Counted from the first letter of the stretch, positions 24,813 to 38,700 are shown. The stretch: DNA of 64,000 nt from Heterodontus francisci (GCF_036365525.1 NC_090385.1:90938065-91002064), one strand, 5' to 3'. Numbers and translations: made by a program. The notes: generated by a model not told the origin, from the letters alone.

Positions 24813-25567
24813 GGCCGGAATTTTGCGCCCCCCACCCAAAGACCGGGCTGGTGGTGGGGCCGGGGGTGGGGGGAGCGTAAAATGGAGTGGGAGGCTCAGG
24901 GGGCCCTTCGCTACCTGCTCCCACCTCCACCGCCATTTTACAAGTGACAGCAGCGAGAAACAGACCACCCGCCCCAGGTCAATCAAGGCCCTTAAGTGGC
25001 CAATTAACTGACACTTAAGGGCCTTCACCCGCCCGACAGGGATTTTACGGTTGGCAGGCGGGTGGCCCAGACCTGAGAAAAGCAGCCTGATCGAAGTAGG
25101 CAGCCTTCTGATGGCCTCGGGGGGGGGGCTGCCCTCCTGATTGGGCACCCTGTGCCTGATGGAGGGCTGACCCAACAGCCCCCAATACCCAACACGCCCC
25201 CCACTCCCCCAATTGACCCCCTGTGCCTTCCCAGGGTCCAAACGATCACCCCTGCCACCACCCCCCGCCCCCCGGTGAGGCTCAAAAAATGCACCTCTTT
25301 TCCAGGGACATCCTTCCTCTTCATCTTGAAGCTGGGTTGCTGTCCCAGCAGTGGCCAGCGCTCCCAGTGCTGCTGCTGGGACTAAGAGCTGCCAGCTCCA
25401 TTAGGCGCGACTTCCTGCCTCAATGAGGTGGAAATCCCGCCTAAGACAAATTAAGTGTCTGGAGAATGTAAAATCCGGTCTGGATCCCCAGTCCTAGCAG
25501 AGGCGGGATCACCATCGACTTTTCAGTTGGTGGACGGCCCCCTTCCGGCAAACAAAAAATTCCGGCC
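24813..25567. mobile_element. Harbinger-type MITE 140 bp downstream of the SLC6A14 stop codon
   Basis: Perfect 12-bp TIR GGCCGGAATTTT / AAAATTCCGGCC; flanks ACT/ACA. Confidence 0.85.
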
Positions 25568-27077
25568 ACAGGCTAACAGTTTATCTCTCTTCAACTATTT
25601 GCTCTATCTCTTGATGTTTTCTATTTAAATCACTTTAGGATCTAACCAGTGGACTGTTTTTCTCTCTTAATTCTTCTTGTGTTGCACCATGCTCTCTTAT
25701 TAAATTCAACCCTAGTTCCTCACTGTCATGTTTGATGTAGGAAAGTTTCTACATGTTAAACTTCCAATTTATTTTCTGTTCACTGTGATCTAACTTCCTG
25801 CAGAGTGAGCTCTTTCAGGCTCAACTGTTGTGTGAGCTCCAATTCTTTCCAAGTTAGCTGTCGCTAGCTCTCCCTGCACTGACTGTTTGAATTCCATTTG
25901 CTCTATGCTTAACTTCGATGCAAGGAAATACATCAAAGCAACAAGAGAAGATCTGTTGGTTAATTTTGATTGTTCAGTCCGTCCACTTCCTGACTTCTCA
26001 CAAGTATCATTTATAACAGCAACATGCAACTACTTTAACATTCCAGGAGACATCTCCACCTGCAACAACTCATCAGGAATAATGGCTACCTCTGATTAAT
26101 CAAAGTTTAACACTGGCTAATAACTATAACCATTGATTATCCAGCATGAATTCTATACACTCAGTTATCCTTGGTTTGTAATATATCTCTATAATTTATA
26201 AACCACTCAGATTTCGGTCAGGTATCTTAAAGCATAAACAGCATATGCTTAGAACATCAGGTGGCTCAGAATTGTAGGATAGTAGCTAAGGATCATGAAA
26301 TCGCTCAGTTAAAACTATCAGACCTTAGATAATATGAGATTTTAAATCTTGTTTGGTCTGTTTAATTTTTCAAAGATTGCTTTGCTCTCAGGTTTGTGAA
26401 GTGAAACTTATGAGAGGCTTTACAACAAATGTTTTCCGAAAAACTTCATGGAGAGAAAATCAGGTTAGGATGTAGATGTCGTTCCCAGGGATATCATCCC
26501 ACTAGACTAATAGAAGAATGGGATCTTGCTGAAGGGTTGGGTGAAGGGGCTACAGCAGGGAGGGCCACAAGAACAGGATAGTCATAGAAAGCATGTGGGA
26601 ACATGATTGGGATGAGCGAGACACGGATAAATGGAAAGTTGTCATTATGATGACTTCATTGGACTTGTCTTCCTGCCATAGGAAGTCATAGTGTGCTGTA
26701 TTAACTCCATCATTTTTCTTTACTCCTGAGTTACCTCAGAAAATTGCATTGAACCCAATGAATGTCCATGGAGCTCCGAAAATTCAGGTGGAAATGTGTT
26801 TGAGGGAGGGAACTCAGAATGCAGTTATACAGTTTGGACTTCCGATTCCACTCCTGTCATTGAATCTTAAAACTATACACTATAGAGTGCTGTCTAACTG
26901 ATCTATAGCAAAATACAGTCATGGAAAGGCATAGAGAATGGCTGGGAGAGTGAAGATCGTGGGAAACTTTGTATTACACAGGACAACACAGTTAGAATCC
27001 TCTCACGTTTTCATCATTATTATATTTGTTCTTATTTTCAATCACATTGAAAAGCTTTGTTTATGTAAGAAATCCTC

Positions 27078-27087
27078 AATAAATAAA
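27078..27087 (+). promoter_or_regulatory. Candidate polyadenylation signal (overlapping AATAAA x2) for the SLC6A14-like transcript
   Basis: caataaataaaaag about 2.4 kb after the stop codon; motif only, no transcript evidence. Confidence 0.35.
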
Positions 27088-27091
27088 AAGC

Positions 27092-27697
27092 TGTATATGC
27101 AAATGAATATTGTGCTCCTGAGCCGTGAGTTAAGATTGGATTGGAAATGTGAGCTGAAGTGAGATACGATATCTCTGTAGGCTCAACAGGCGAGATATAC
27201 AAAAAAGCAGTTTACAGGCTCCTTACTGATTATTGTCAACCTTCAGCTAAAGGTAACTTTGATCTTGTTATAAAAGTGTGGCCTCAATGTGTTTGAGTAA
27301 TGAGACACTCTGTCTCCATTACTATCTCATGTTTAGAGGATCATTGCAGGGTTCATTGTCTGGTGTCTGTTTCTACCGCTTTATGGAATATGACAGAAAG
27401 GATGATTGATGTGCGGGTCAAAAAAGGGCAATGGAGGAGGTGGTGGGGTCTCAAGGTCATGTAAAAGCTGGTGATTGTACAGTATCCAGAGCAACACTGA
27501 GCTCTTTAAATGTTATCACAGGGCCCTTTGAGAGTGCACCTCGGAACCGTGTCGATGTAGAGCTTTGTCGGGTCTGTTATAATTGTACTCTTGCATTTTA
27601 ACATCTTTACCATTTATATTGTAACTTCTTAATAAAACCTTTGTACTTGGGAACAAAACTGTTCTAGTCTCTGTGCAAGACACCAAACATTACACAC
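27092..27697 (+). mobile_element. Possible old solo LTR
   Basis: TG...CA-like ends, TATAAAA near 27269, AATAAA at 27631; no convincing TSD. Confidence 0.25.
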
Positions 27698-27921
27698 ATT
27701 CACAGTTTATAAGGTAACAAATTAAAATATACCTTTAAAAGATGAATCCCAGTTTAACATTGCCCCCAATAACCTTGGGAGATTCAGATCCTGGCTGTCA
27801 CACTTCAAACACTGTACAACCACCTTGTGTAGGAATGGCAATAAATATATTCCAAGGAAGAAGATGAATCCATCAGCCCTGCCCTCACCTTGACCCCTCA
27901 CTCAGGAAATGTCTGTGGTTT

Positions 27922-28303
27922 TAAAGACCAGCTTGGGTCTGCAAATGAAACCCGACCTGAGCCCGACAGAACCACATCTGACATGAGCCTAACCCAGCCC
28001 GAGTTCTTTCATTTTTTCCCACGCCCGACCCGACCCGACTCTACCCTACCATCAGTTAATCTAGCTTCCTTTTTTCATTTTGTTGCTTATCTGAACAAGC
28101 TTAAAAAAACTGTAACTAACGACTTGTAAAGTCCAAAAAGTACATTAAGATTGGAGCCACGTACCAGAAGTGGTGATAGAGTGTGACTGACCCAGCCTGA
28201 ACCGACCCGAGCCCAAATGCTGGACCTGGAAAGCAGCCCGACCTGACCCGAACTCGACACGTCGTCGGGTCCCGCCGGGTTCAGGTCGGGTAGCCACGTT
28301 CTA
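27922..28303. mobile_element. hAT-superfamily non-autonomous element (MITE)
   Basis: Perfect 8-bp TSD TGTGGTTT (27914-27921 / 28304-28311); ends taaag../..ttcta; clustered CCCGA subterminal repeats. Confidence 0.85.
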
Positions 28304-28866
28304 TGTGGTTTTACTGTCCAGTGTTCGGTTGAAGAGAAAATGATGTCGAACTCAGCTCACTGAATCAGCTCACACCACCAAGGCCGGATTGAATCTGAGT
28401 TCACCTCACTAACTCTCAATGGGAATACCCACAAGCCAATGAGTGAATGAGTTTACCCTGTCTTACCAAATCATCAAAGAAGTCAGACAATAAGCCAAGT
28501 GTTATCTTACAAAATCACAATTTAAAGTTAAACATTGAACATGTGAGTAATGAATAGGTGGATGCAGATGTTGTCAGTGTCATCCATCAGTTTAAATAGC
28601 AAATCATTAATGGACAGAGATATTTCACAAAATGGGTAGCAACGTTTTGTTGGTAATTCTATGGTGTCACATTAATTCAGCATTAACAGAGTCACTGACT
28701 TGTTACATTGTGGTGGAGATCAGTGTTTGAAACTATTAGAAATTAGAGAGGCTACACCAGGGTTAATTCCTGAGATAACTGATAAGTGAACAGCATTATA
28801 CAATTGGTCTAATGGATAAATAAATACCGAGATGCTGATAACTAGTAATGTTTCCTGAGTTTATAG

Positions 28867-29540
28867 TGTGAGAATAAGAAATACTGAAATGTTGTTTCTA
28901 CAGCTTGTGGAAAGTTACCAAGAAGTCATTTGTGCACAACATAATGAAATCACTGAAAAAGAGAACTGATAAGGATATGTAAGTGGAGACCTTAAGACAG
29001 TACATCACTGACAAAGAGAACTGATAAGGGTATGTAAGTGGAGACCTTAAGACAGTACATCACTGAAAAAGAGAATTGATAAGGGTATGTAAGTACAGAC
29101 CTTGGGACAGTACATTACTTAAAAATTGTGCTTAGGCAGATAAAAGAGAAACAGCAAGAGTTAGAACAAAGGATGTAGTGAATAAGAAACTGCCCCACTA
29201 AGATAAAGGCTGACAGCTGCAAGTTAAAACACACAATGGAGAGCCAAATAAGGTAAAACAACAACAAGTGTTAGGGGCTAGAAAGTTAGAGTAGGGGGAG
29301 AAGTAAACAGAGGAGGAGACTGTAGCAACCATAGGATAGGTTAGTGTCATAATACGTTACAACCAATAATGTAAAATAAAGGCGTGGACAAATGGATTTG
29401 TATTGTATAAACATGAACTGAATATGTTGATCGGGGTGCCTGCTTGCAGGACACCCGATCTTGCAAGAACGTTAAATAAACTTACTTCTTCAGAGTTTGA
29501 CTTGATGTAAATTATTATTAAGTGGGCTACGTTTCTCACA
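28867..29540 (+). mobile_element. Solo LTR
   Basis: TGTGAGAA...TTCTCACA, perfect 4-bp TSD ATAG, TATA-like tgtataaa near 29404, AATAAA near 29475. Confidence 0.9.
28949..29113 (+). repeat. 3 x 55-bp tandem repeat in LTR U3
   Basis: Unit atcactgaaaaagagaactgataagg(a/g)tatgtaagtggagaccttaagacagtac; cactg recurs at 28951, 29006 and 29061. Confidence 0.95.
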
Positions 29541-29733
29541 ATAGTCAACACACACATAACAAAATACAGACGATTCATTTACTTCCAAGGCCATGTAGTG
29601 TTTACTTTCCTGAAATGTTAGCACATGTTGAGTGGTATATGTTGTGTGTTGCTGTTGTTGTTTAGTGTAGCTAGGGCATTGCAGATAAAGTCTAGTAGTC
29701 TATAGTAGGTCAACTAATGACTCTTTATTATAT

Positions 29734-32700
29734 TGTGATGGAAACCACACCTGCCAAATGGAAACATATTAATTTCATCATCTGGAACTCTATTTGAATG
29801 CTGACTGGACATTGAAAATAACCTGTTTAAAAAGACCACAGAGCAGTGGCTGAAAACTTGCATTCTGAGATACAGTTGCACAGAGAGCCAATGGAAGTGC
29901 CAGATGCTGTCTGAAACAAAGAGATAGTCACATGACTATCCAGCGAGCCAACCTAGGAGTTGTTTGAAATATGAATCACAGAAAGGTTTTGAGAGAGACT
30001 GCTTTTGAAAACCAAAAGAGAAGCACAGTCTCTGTCTCTCTCACACACAAAGTTCCAGGGACCCATGGAAGTAACTTCAGACTCAAGACAGAAGACCCTG
30101 CAGTGTTCTGGTGCCAGTGAAACAAGCTTGAAAGTGTGCATTGGGTCCCAACTGAACTGCAAGACTTAACCTCAGTCAAAGACCTTGCATCTAACCCAAA
30201 CCAGTAACTGAATCCCCTCTACTACTTCGAACCTTCCACCTTTTCATTCTTTCTCCTCCTCTGTAGCTATGTGTGTGTGTGTTTATCGCGTATGCATGCT
30301 AGTGTGGTTGTGTCATGTATCCTTCGTAGTTTTAACTGAGTTAGAGTTTTCAGGTTAATAAAGTTACACCTTTCTTGTTTAAATCTCAGAAAACCTGTCT
30401 GGTTGATTCCTTTACAATTACAATTAGAGAGCCGTGAGCAAGGACTCACCGAGAGGAAGCTAAAAATATTGTGTTTTAAAAGTTAAACTCTGTTCCGGCC
30501 AAACCAGGAAAAGGCCGAGAGGGGAGCCTTCCTCACCTGGACATCACAGAAATTTGGGGGCTCCTCTGGGATTGGACCCACAGACAAACGGGAAATTGGA
30601 AGTGTGAAATCAAATTGATCCCAATCAAAAAGGAGAGAAAAGATTTCAATACAGATTTTCTTGTGGTTGTGCTGGAATATTAACATATTCTTGACTGAAG
30701 CCAGTAACTGCCCAAGCCAGGGTGAAGTAACTTGGGATAATTTAAAGGCACTGTCTATCGAGCTGATGAGAAACATGGCTGAGCAGAATGAGATCACAAG
30801 TCCAAGCTCCTAAGACTAGTGACCAAACATTTTCCCCTCGAATCCGAAGAAACAGAGACATGGTTAGAAATAAACTCTGAAAGGGTTTTGCTAGCTGTCA
30901 GGCAAACTCCACCTGCCAAGACTGAGGCACACATTATTTCACCACATTAACATTAAAACTTTAAAAATTGCAATCTCTGACAGGAAGGACATTTGCATAG
31001 TACCAGACAATGTGAAAACAAAGGGAGCCAATCCCTGTTCCTCCAGTACACTGAAGTGGTCAGATCAGTTTTAGTCACATGACTGACTGGCTGTTACAGG
31101 GTTTTTGAATTCCTAACAAAGGGTTTTGAAAAGAGACAAAGTCATGTGCTCATGGAGCAAAGACCTTCTCCTGGGACTGAGAACATCTCTCCTGTCTGCC
31201 TGCCTTCATCTCTTCCCATGGAACTGAATCTTGTGAAAACACCTGAAACTAAAAGAGAGAAATATTTCCTACATGAACACGGTTTCTTAAGATGAATACT
31301 AGGCCCCAACAAGGCAGAAGACCAAATTTTCAATCAAGGACTACAGCAAGCTCGAGAATCAGTAACAAGATATTGCCTCAAACTGTTCGACTTATCTTTT
31401 CTTCTGGTCTTTTCTGTCCCTATTTTTGCATGTTTATAACACGTGTGCATGTTGCATGAGCCTGTTGTATATCTATAGGCGTGAACCATATTAGAGTTAA
31501 GTTTAAGGTTTAATAAATTTCATCTTTCTGCTTAAAACCAAAAAAAGTCTGTGTGTGCACAGTTCTTTGCCTTATAATTGGAAACTGTGAACAAGGATTC
31601 ACAGAAAAGGGAGCTCAAAATACTGCATGTTTAAAAAATAAAACCCTGTTACAATAAGACCAGGTAAAGGTCACAAAAGACCTCTAGACATTGCTCCTCT
31701 GGTTGTTACAGAAATTGGGTGCTAGTGTCCTGATTGTTACCCACAGACAAACGAGTGAAAATTGAAGTGGGGAGCCAAATTGTTCCCAATCAAAATGAAC
31801 AAATCAATACAGGTTTTCTTATGGTTGTGTGTGATTGTATACCAACATGTCTGCAACTGAAACGAATGACTCTCCAAGCCAGGGTGAAGTAACTTGGAAT
31901 AACTTAAAAGCACTCTCTGTGGAGGAGTGAAGAAAAATGGCTGAGCAGTGTGGGATCACTGTATGTGGCAAGGCTAGGAGGTCTGAACTCCTAAGACTAC
32001 TAGTCAGCCATTTTTCCCTTGAATCTGATGAAGCAGAAGCAGTGTTAGAAACAGAGCCAGACAGGGTAATTATAGCAAAGGAAACTTGAATTAGAGGAAA
32101 GAAAAAAAGAGAGAGACGGGTGAGGGAGAAAGAGAGAGCCTTCCAAATGTAACATGAAGAAAAACAGAGACAGGAGAAGGAATGAGAGAGAGAGAGAGAG
32201 AGAAAGTGTATTTTGGAAAGAATCCAAAGAAAGACAGTTGAGGCAACTTGAGTTAGCTAGGGGGCAACAGAGTAACCCTAGTGAAAGCACGGCCAATAAT
32301 GGAGGATCAGAATTCAGACTTGGGTACAAGATTGCTAAAACTCACCCAATTGATTCCAAAATTCAATGAGGAAGATGTGGAAGCATTTTTCGTGTCTTTC
32401 GAGAAACTGGCAGGGCAGCTAAAATGGTCAGCTAAGACCTGGTCTCTTTGACAGCAAAGCAAACTAACTGGAAAAGCCCATGAGGTCTATTCCTCGCTGC
32501 CAGATGAGAGTTCATCAAACAATGAACTGACTAAAAATGCTATCTTCGGGGCATATGAATTAATACCCGAAGCCCACTGCCAGAAGTTTCGAACCCTCAA
32601 AAAACAAGCTAATCAAACCTATCTGGAGTTTGAAAGAAGTAAGCAGCTGGCTTTTGACCAGTGACTGAGGGCTTTAAAAATATAGCTCAGCTATGAGACT

Positions 32701-35700
32701 CTCAGGCAAGTAATCCTGTTAGAGGAATTTAAAATCTCTCTCCCATTCTCAATAAAGACCCATGTAGAGGAGCAGCGGGTTCAGGGAGCCCGGCAAGCAG
32801 CCGTTCTGGCCAATGAATTTTCATTCATCCATAAGTCGATTTCCCAGGGGAGAACCTTTCCTAATCACCCCCACAAATCCGAAAAGGACAAAGGATGGGA
32901 AAGTGATAGAAGCCCAGGCAGTCCTGGGAGAGAAGGTAAAGTAGGAGACACAGGGGGCCCTTCTCCAGCCAAAAAGGAAGGTGCTGTGAGCAAGAGTGAG
33001 ACCCGGAGATCTGTGTGCTTCCACTGTAACAAGGCAGGGCATTTAAAAGCTGACTGCTGGAAATTAAAGAGGAAACCGGTAGGGCTAATCAGGGCACACC
33101 TGTTCAGTGAAGATGAGGGCCTGATGGAAAACATGGAATGGTCTGTGGCATTGAATGCAGTAAGTGTGCAACCCAGGAAGCTTACTACGGCTAGTGCAGG
33201 AAAAGTTAATAGGGTTCCTGAGGGTTATCAGGGTTTTGTATCTGAAGGCAAAGTAACCCCATATCCCTTGAGTGGGGCAAGGAAGCCCATAGTGGTTCTC
33301 AGGGACACAGGGGCCACCAGATCCCTTTTACTGGGAAAAGGCCTGCACTTTCACCCACAGAGTGCTGTGAACACCAAAATGGTGGTGAATGGTATTGGAG
33401 GGCAGTATATGCCTTTATCTGTACACTAGGTGCACCTGGAGTACGACCTAGTTTTGGGACCACTGACTGTAGGGATTGTCCCCAGTTTGCCTGTGGACGG
33501 GGTTGACCTGATCCAAGGTAATGATTTGGGTGGAGTGAAGGTGATAGCCCCCCCAGTAGTAAAAGAAAGACCTCAGGATGTCAGAGAGACAGGGTGGTGG
33601 CAGGAGACGGTCTACTGCAGAGTCCTTGAATGTGTAGTGGATCAGGCCCTGATCAAACCAGCTGCCCCAGAGGAGACTGCATTGACACTGCAGGCAAATG
33701 ACCAGAAGGTTTGCCTTGCTGAGACTTTCTTTGGAAAATTAGGAGACCCAGGGAATGAATTAAGTGGACTTTCCCGAGGTGAGGCTCAACGCGCCAACCC
33801 AGTATTGCAAGGGTTAGCACAGGCTGCCCAATCGGAAATTGAAGCAGAGGGAGACCCTGATTGCTACTATTTAAAAAATCAGGTACTGGTGAGGAAATGA
33901 AGTCCCCTTCACAGACCTGAGAGCAAGGAGTGGACAGTAGTTCGCCAGTTAGTGGTGTCACAGAGCTACCGGGGATAAATATTAAGAAGAGCACGCGAGA
34001 CTACAGTGACTGTACATGCTTGTATAATAAAGACAAAAACCCGCTTAAGGCAGCAATTTAACTGACTGAAACTCCACCAAGATATGGTGGAGTATTGCAG
34101 GATTTGCCACATGTGCCAGGTTGAGGGGAAACCCCAAACTACAGTGAATCCTGTACCCTAAGTGTTAGGAGGACCCTCCAGCAAACGTGCTGGTGAACTG
34201 TGAGGGACCCCCACTGAGAACAAAAGGGGGCAGGCAGGCACACGGCAGGCAAAAGTTTGGAAAGAGAAGGGGAGAAAATAACCCTGAGGGCAGGTTCAAG
34301 GAAGTCTGGGAAGAATCCCAGATGAAAACCCCTACCTCCCGGTCAACCAACCCAGAAAAATGTGAAATGTTAGACCCCACATCCTCCTATGTAAATACAG
34401 ACACTAGAAGCACCCCACCAGAGTTGCTAACAGCATTTACAGGAACCTGCAGAGACAAAGAGAGACCTCTAGGGACAGAGAAACTGTGAGGGTGATGCCT
34501 CACCTAGTCGAAGTGTCACAGGAGAATACAGTTAAGTCTGCACAAATACCTGCAGGGTGGAATATCCCAGAGAACAAAGGTGGGAGTAACAGAGACTCCT
34601 CCCCACAGTCAGTGGGAAAGGGAACCACCCATCCCCTGAAGCCAAAGGTCTTTGCATGAATCAGGGAGTTCAGGATGGACACCCACCCCGCATTAACTCT
34701 CCTGGAGGAAATAAAAAGGGAAATTAAAGCAGCCCTGACTCCCCAGAACAGACCATCTTAATGAGCTTCAAGACTGGTGAATGAATGGAAATGAATGAGA
34801 GAAATGCATGGTTTCTTTCTGTACCTTATATTTCACTCAAACTCTGAAATGGAAAGTGCCATTTTCTTTAAATTACATTTCATTCCCCTGGGTGTGGAGG
34901 TGCCAGCAAACCCCACCTGCCAAGACTGACGCACACATTATTTCACCACACGAGCATTAAAACTTTAAAAATTGCAATCTCTGACTGAAAGACATTTGCA
35001 TTGTACCAGACAATGTGGAAACAAAGGGAGCCAATCCTGTTCCTCCAATACACAGAAGTGGTCAGATCAGTTTTAGTCACATGACTGACTGGCTGTTGCA
35101 GAGTTTTTGAATTCCTAACAAAGGGTTTTGAAGAGAGACAAAATCATGTGTTCATGGAGCAAAGACCTTCTCCTGGGACTAAGAACATCTCCTCTCCTGT
35201 CTGCCTGCCTTCATCTCTTCCCATGGAACTGAATCTTGTGAAAACATGTGAAACCAAAAGAGAGAAAGATTTCCCATGTGATCAAGGCTTTTTAAGACGA
35301 ATACTGGGCCCCCACGAAGTGCAAAACCATATCTCCAATCAAGGACTACAGCAAGCTCGAGAATCAGTCACAAAATATTGCCTCAAACTGTTCCACTTTA
35401 TTTTTTCTTCTGCTCTTTTCTGTCCCTATTTTTGCATGTTTATATTGCATGTGCATGCTAGCGGGAGCCCGTTGTATATCCGTAGGTGTGTACTGTATTA
35501 GAGTTAAGTTTAAGGTTTAATAAATTTCATCTTTCTGCTTGAAACCAAAGAAAGTCTGTTTATGCTCAGTTCTTTGCCTTATAATTGGAAACTGAACAAG
35601 GATTCACACAAAGGGGAGCTCAAAATACTGCGTGTTTAAAAAATAAAACCCTGTTACAATAAGACCAGGTAAATATCACAAAAGACCCCGAGACATTGCT

Positions 35701-38700
35701 CACCCGGTCGTAACACAAGCAAAGATACAATTGGAACAGAGGAAACTTGAATTACAGGAGACAGAGAGAAATTTCCAGAAGGAAGAGGAGGAAAGAGATC
35801 GAAGGCGGCTTGAGTTAGCGATGGGGCGACAGAGTAACCCCAGTGAAAGTATGGAAAATACAAGTCGCGCGGGGCTGTGCACTGAATTTTTCAAGTTTTC
35901 CCCACTGATTCCAAAATTCAATGAGGGAGACATGCAAGCACTTTTTGTATCTTTTGAGAAACGTGCAAGGCAGTTAATATGGCCAGCTGAGAGCTGGACT
36001 CTTTCGTTGCATGGTCAGGTAACCGGAAAAGCCCATGAGGTTAATTCCCTGTTGCCAGATGAGAGTTCATCAAATTATGAACTGACAAAAAACAATATCC
36101 TTGGGGCATATGAGCTAGTACTGGAAGCCTACCACCAGAAGTTTCGAACCCTCAGGAAGCAGACTGATCAAACTTAATTGGAGATTAAGAGAAGTAAACA
36201 GCTGGCTTTTGACCAATGGTTCAGGGCTCTTAAAGTGCAGCCCAGCTACAAAAGCCTCAGAGAGGTGATTTTGCTGTAGGAATTAAAAAACTCTCTCCCA
36301 CTCTCCATAAAGACACATGTGGAGGAACTAAATGTACATAGAGTGAGGCCAGCCGCAGCTCTGGCTGATGGGTTTGCTCTAATATACAAGTCGGTTCCCC
36401 AGGGGAAAACCTTTCCCAGTCACCCCCACAAATCCAAAAAGGACAAAGGGTGTGAAAGTGATAGGAGCCCAAGCAGTCCTGGGAGAGAAAGAAAAGCAGA
36501 GAACACGGGGGCCCTCCTCCAGCAAAAAAGGAATGTGCTGTAAACAGGAGTCAGACCCAGAGACCTGTGTGCTTCTATTGTAATAAAGCAGGACATCTAA
36601 GAGCTGACTGCTGGAAACTATGGGGAAAGCCTGCAGGGTTAATCAGGGCACACCACGCTCAGTGAAGGAGAAAGGACCCTGATGAAAGCACAGCTGAACA
36701 AGCTCTGGCTTTAACTGCAGCAATAGCAAGACCCAGAAAACATATTGCTCTGGGTGCAGGAAAATTTAACAGGATTCCTGAAGGTTATCAGGATCTTGTG
36801 TCTGAAGGGAAAGTAACCCCATACCCCTCGAGTGGGGCAAGCAAGCCCATTGTAAGTCTCAGGGATACAGGGTCCACAAGATCCTTATTGCTGGAAAAAG
36901 GTCTGACCTTTCCCCCAGAGAGTGTAGTAAATATAAAATGGCAGTGAATGTTATTGGAGGGCAGTGCACACCTGTACCTTTACACCTGGTGCACTTGGAG
37001 TGTGACCTAGTTTCGGGACAGGTGACCAGAGGGATTGTTCCTAGTTTGCCTGTAGATGGGGTTGAACTGCTCCTAGGTAATGATCTGGCAGGTTGAAGGT
37101 GGTAGCTTCCCCAGTAGTGAAAGAGAGACCGCAGGAGGTCAGAGAGACAGGGCAGTGGCAGGTGACGTTCGCCTGTAGTTCCCCTGAATGTGTAGTGAAT
37201 CAGGCGCCCCAAACCAGCTCCCCCAGAGGAGACTGAATTGGCACTGCAGGCAGATGACCATGAGGTCTGTCTGTCTGAAACTTTCTTTGGATAGTTAGAG
37301 GACCCAGGAAATGGATTAAATGGATCTTCCCTAGCTGAGGCTCAGCAAGCCGACCTAGTACTGAGAGAATTAGCACAGGCTGCCCAGTCTGAAATTGAAG
37401 CAAAGGGAGTCCCTGATTGTTCCTATTTAAAGAATGAGGTACTGATGAGGAAATGCAGTTCTCCTCAGAGACCTGAGGACAAAGAGTGGATAGTGCCGCA
37501 TAGGTACTGGACAGAAATATCAAGAATGGCCCATGAGATTTCCGATTACAGTGCTGGATATGTTGGTAAACAAAAAACCAAAGCCTGCAAAAGATATCAG
37601 TTTGACTGGCCAAAATGCCGCAATAATGTGGTGGAGTACTATAGGAATTGCTGTATGTGCCAGATTGAGTGGAAGCCCCAAATTGCACTGAAACCTGCAC
37701 CTGAATTCCTGTATCGGCTTTTGGGAAATCCTCCAGCAGAGGGCTGGTGAATTATAAGGGACCACTGCTGAGAACAGAAGAGGACAGACAGGCACAGGGC
37801 TGGCAGAAAGTTAGAGAGAAAAGGGGAAAAAGGAACAAAGAGGACAAGTTAAAGGAGGTCCAGGAGGATTCCCAAATAAAAACCCCTACTGCCCAGTCAG
37901 CCAACCCCGAAATGTTTGAAAACTTAAACCCCACATCCTCCTATGTAAATGAGGACACCAGAAGCACTCCACCAGAGTTGCTTAAAGCATTTGCAGAAAC
38001 CTGCTGGGACAAAGACAGTCCTCAAGAAGGCTGAGAAACTATGAGGCAGATGCCTCACCTAGTCAAAGTGCCACAGGGGAGTGCAGCAGAATCTGGACAA
38101 ATACCTGCAAACAGGAATGTCCCAAAGGGAAGATTAGTAAAGAATCCACCCCCACAGTCAAGAGAAAGGGGAACCAACCATACCCTAAAGTGAAAAGTCC
38201 TTACATGACTCCTCAGAGCACTGAAAGAGAGATCAGAGTGGATCCACCCACTGTGACTCCCATGATCAGAGGTCCAAACCGAATTAAATCTAACCATCCC
38301 CCTGCAGACCTAGACAATCATGCAAATGTGCAAACTGAAAACCTCCCCAAAAATCACATATTTATTGGGATGTGCGTTCCCAATGTATTGTAGGCTGAAA
38401 ATAAAGAAACTTTAAACCCCTGGGGCAACACATAGCTTTCTCAGACCCACCTCAAGGGAAAAGGAGCAGTTTAAAGCAACACTGTGACAAAGGAAAGACT
38501 GGCTGCAACAATTTTAACATTTCTGAATGAATGAGAATGAATGAAAGAAATGCATGTGTGTTTTCCTGTACTTTCTCTTCGTTCTAATTTATAATGAAAT
38601 GCTTCCCCTAATGTCACATTTCATTCAGCCGGATGTGGGGTGTGATGGCAACCACACCTGCCAAATGGAAACATATTAATTTTGTCATCTGGAACACTAT

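Noticed and set aside
25790-26099. Short ORFs in unique sequence downstream of the gene
   Set aside because: No recognisable domain or splice context; probably 3' UTR.
28949-29113. Regularly spaced repeats resembling a CRISPR array
   Set aside because: Whole 55-bp units repeat with no unique spacers; they lie inside a vertebrate LTR and no cas genes are present.
29582-29593. TGG next to the Gypsy LTR end as a PBS
   Set aside because: This is the 3' LTR (PPT at 39803 on its other side); no recognisable tRNA complement and no gag follows.
35731-36543. SCAN-domain zinc-finger host gene
   Set aside because: Lies between LTRs with CCHC and protease, has no C2H2 array and is disrupted.
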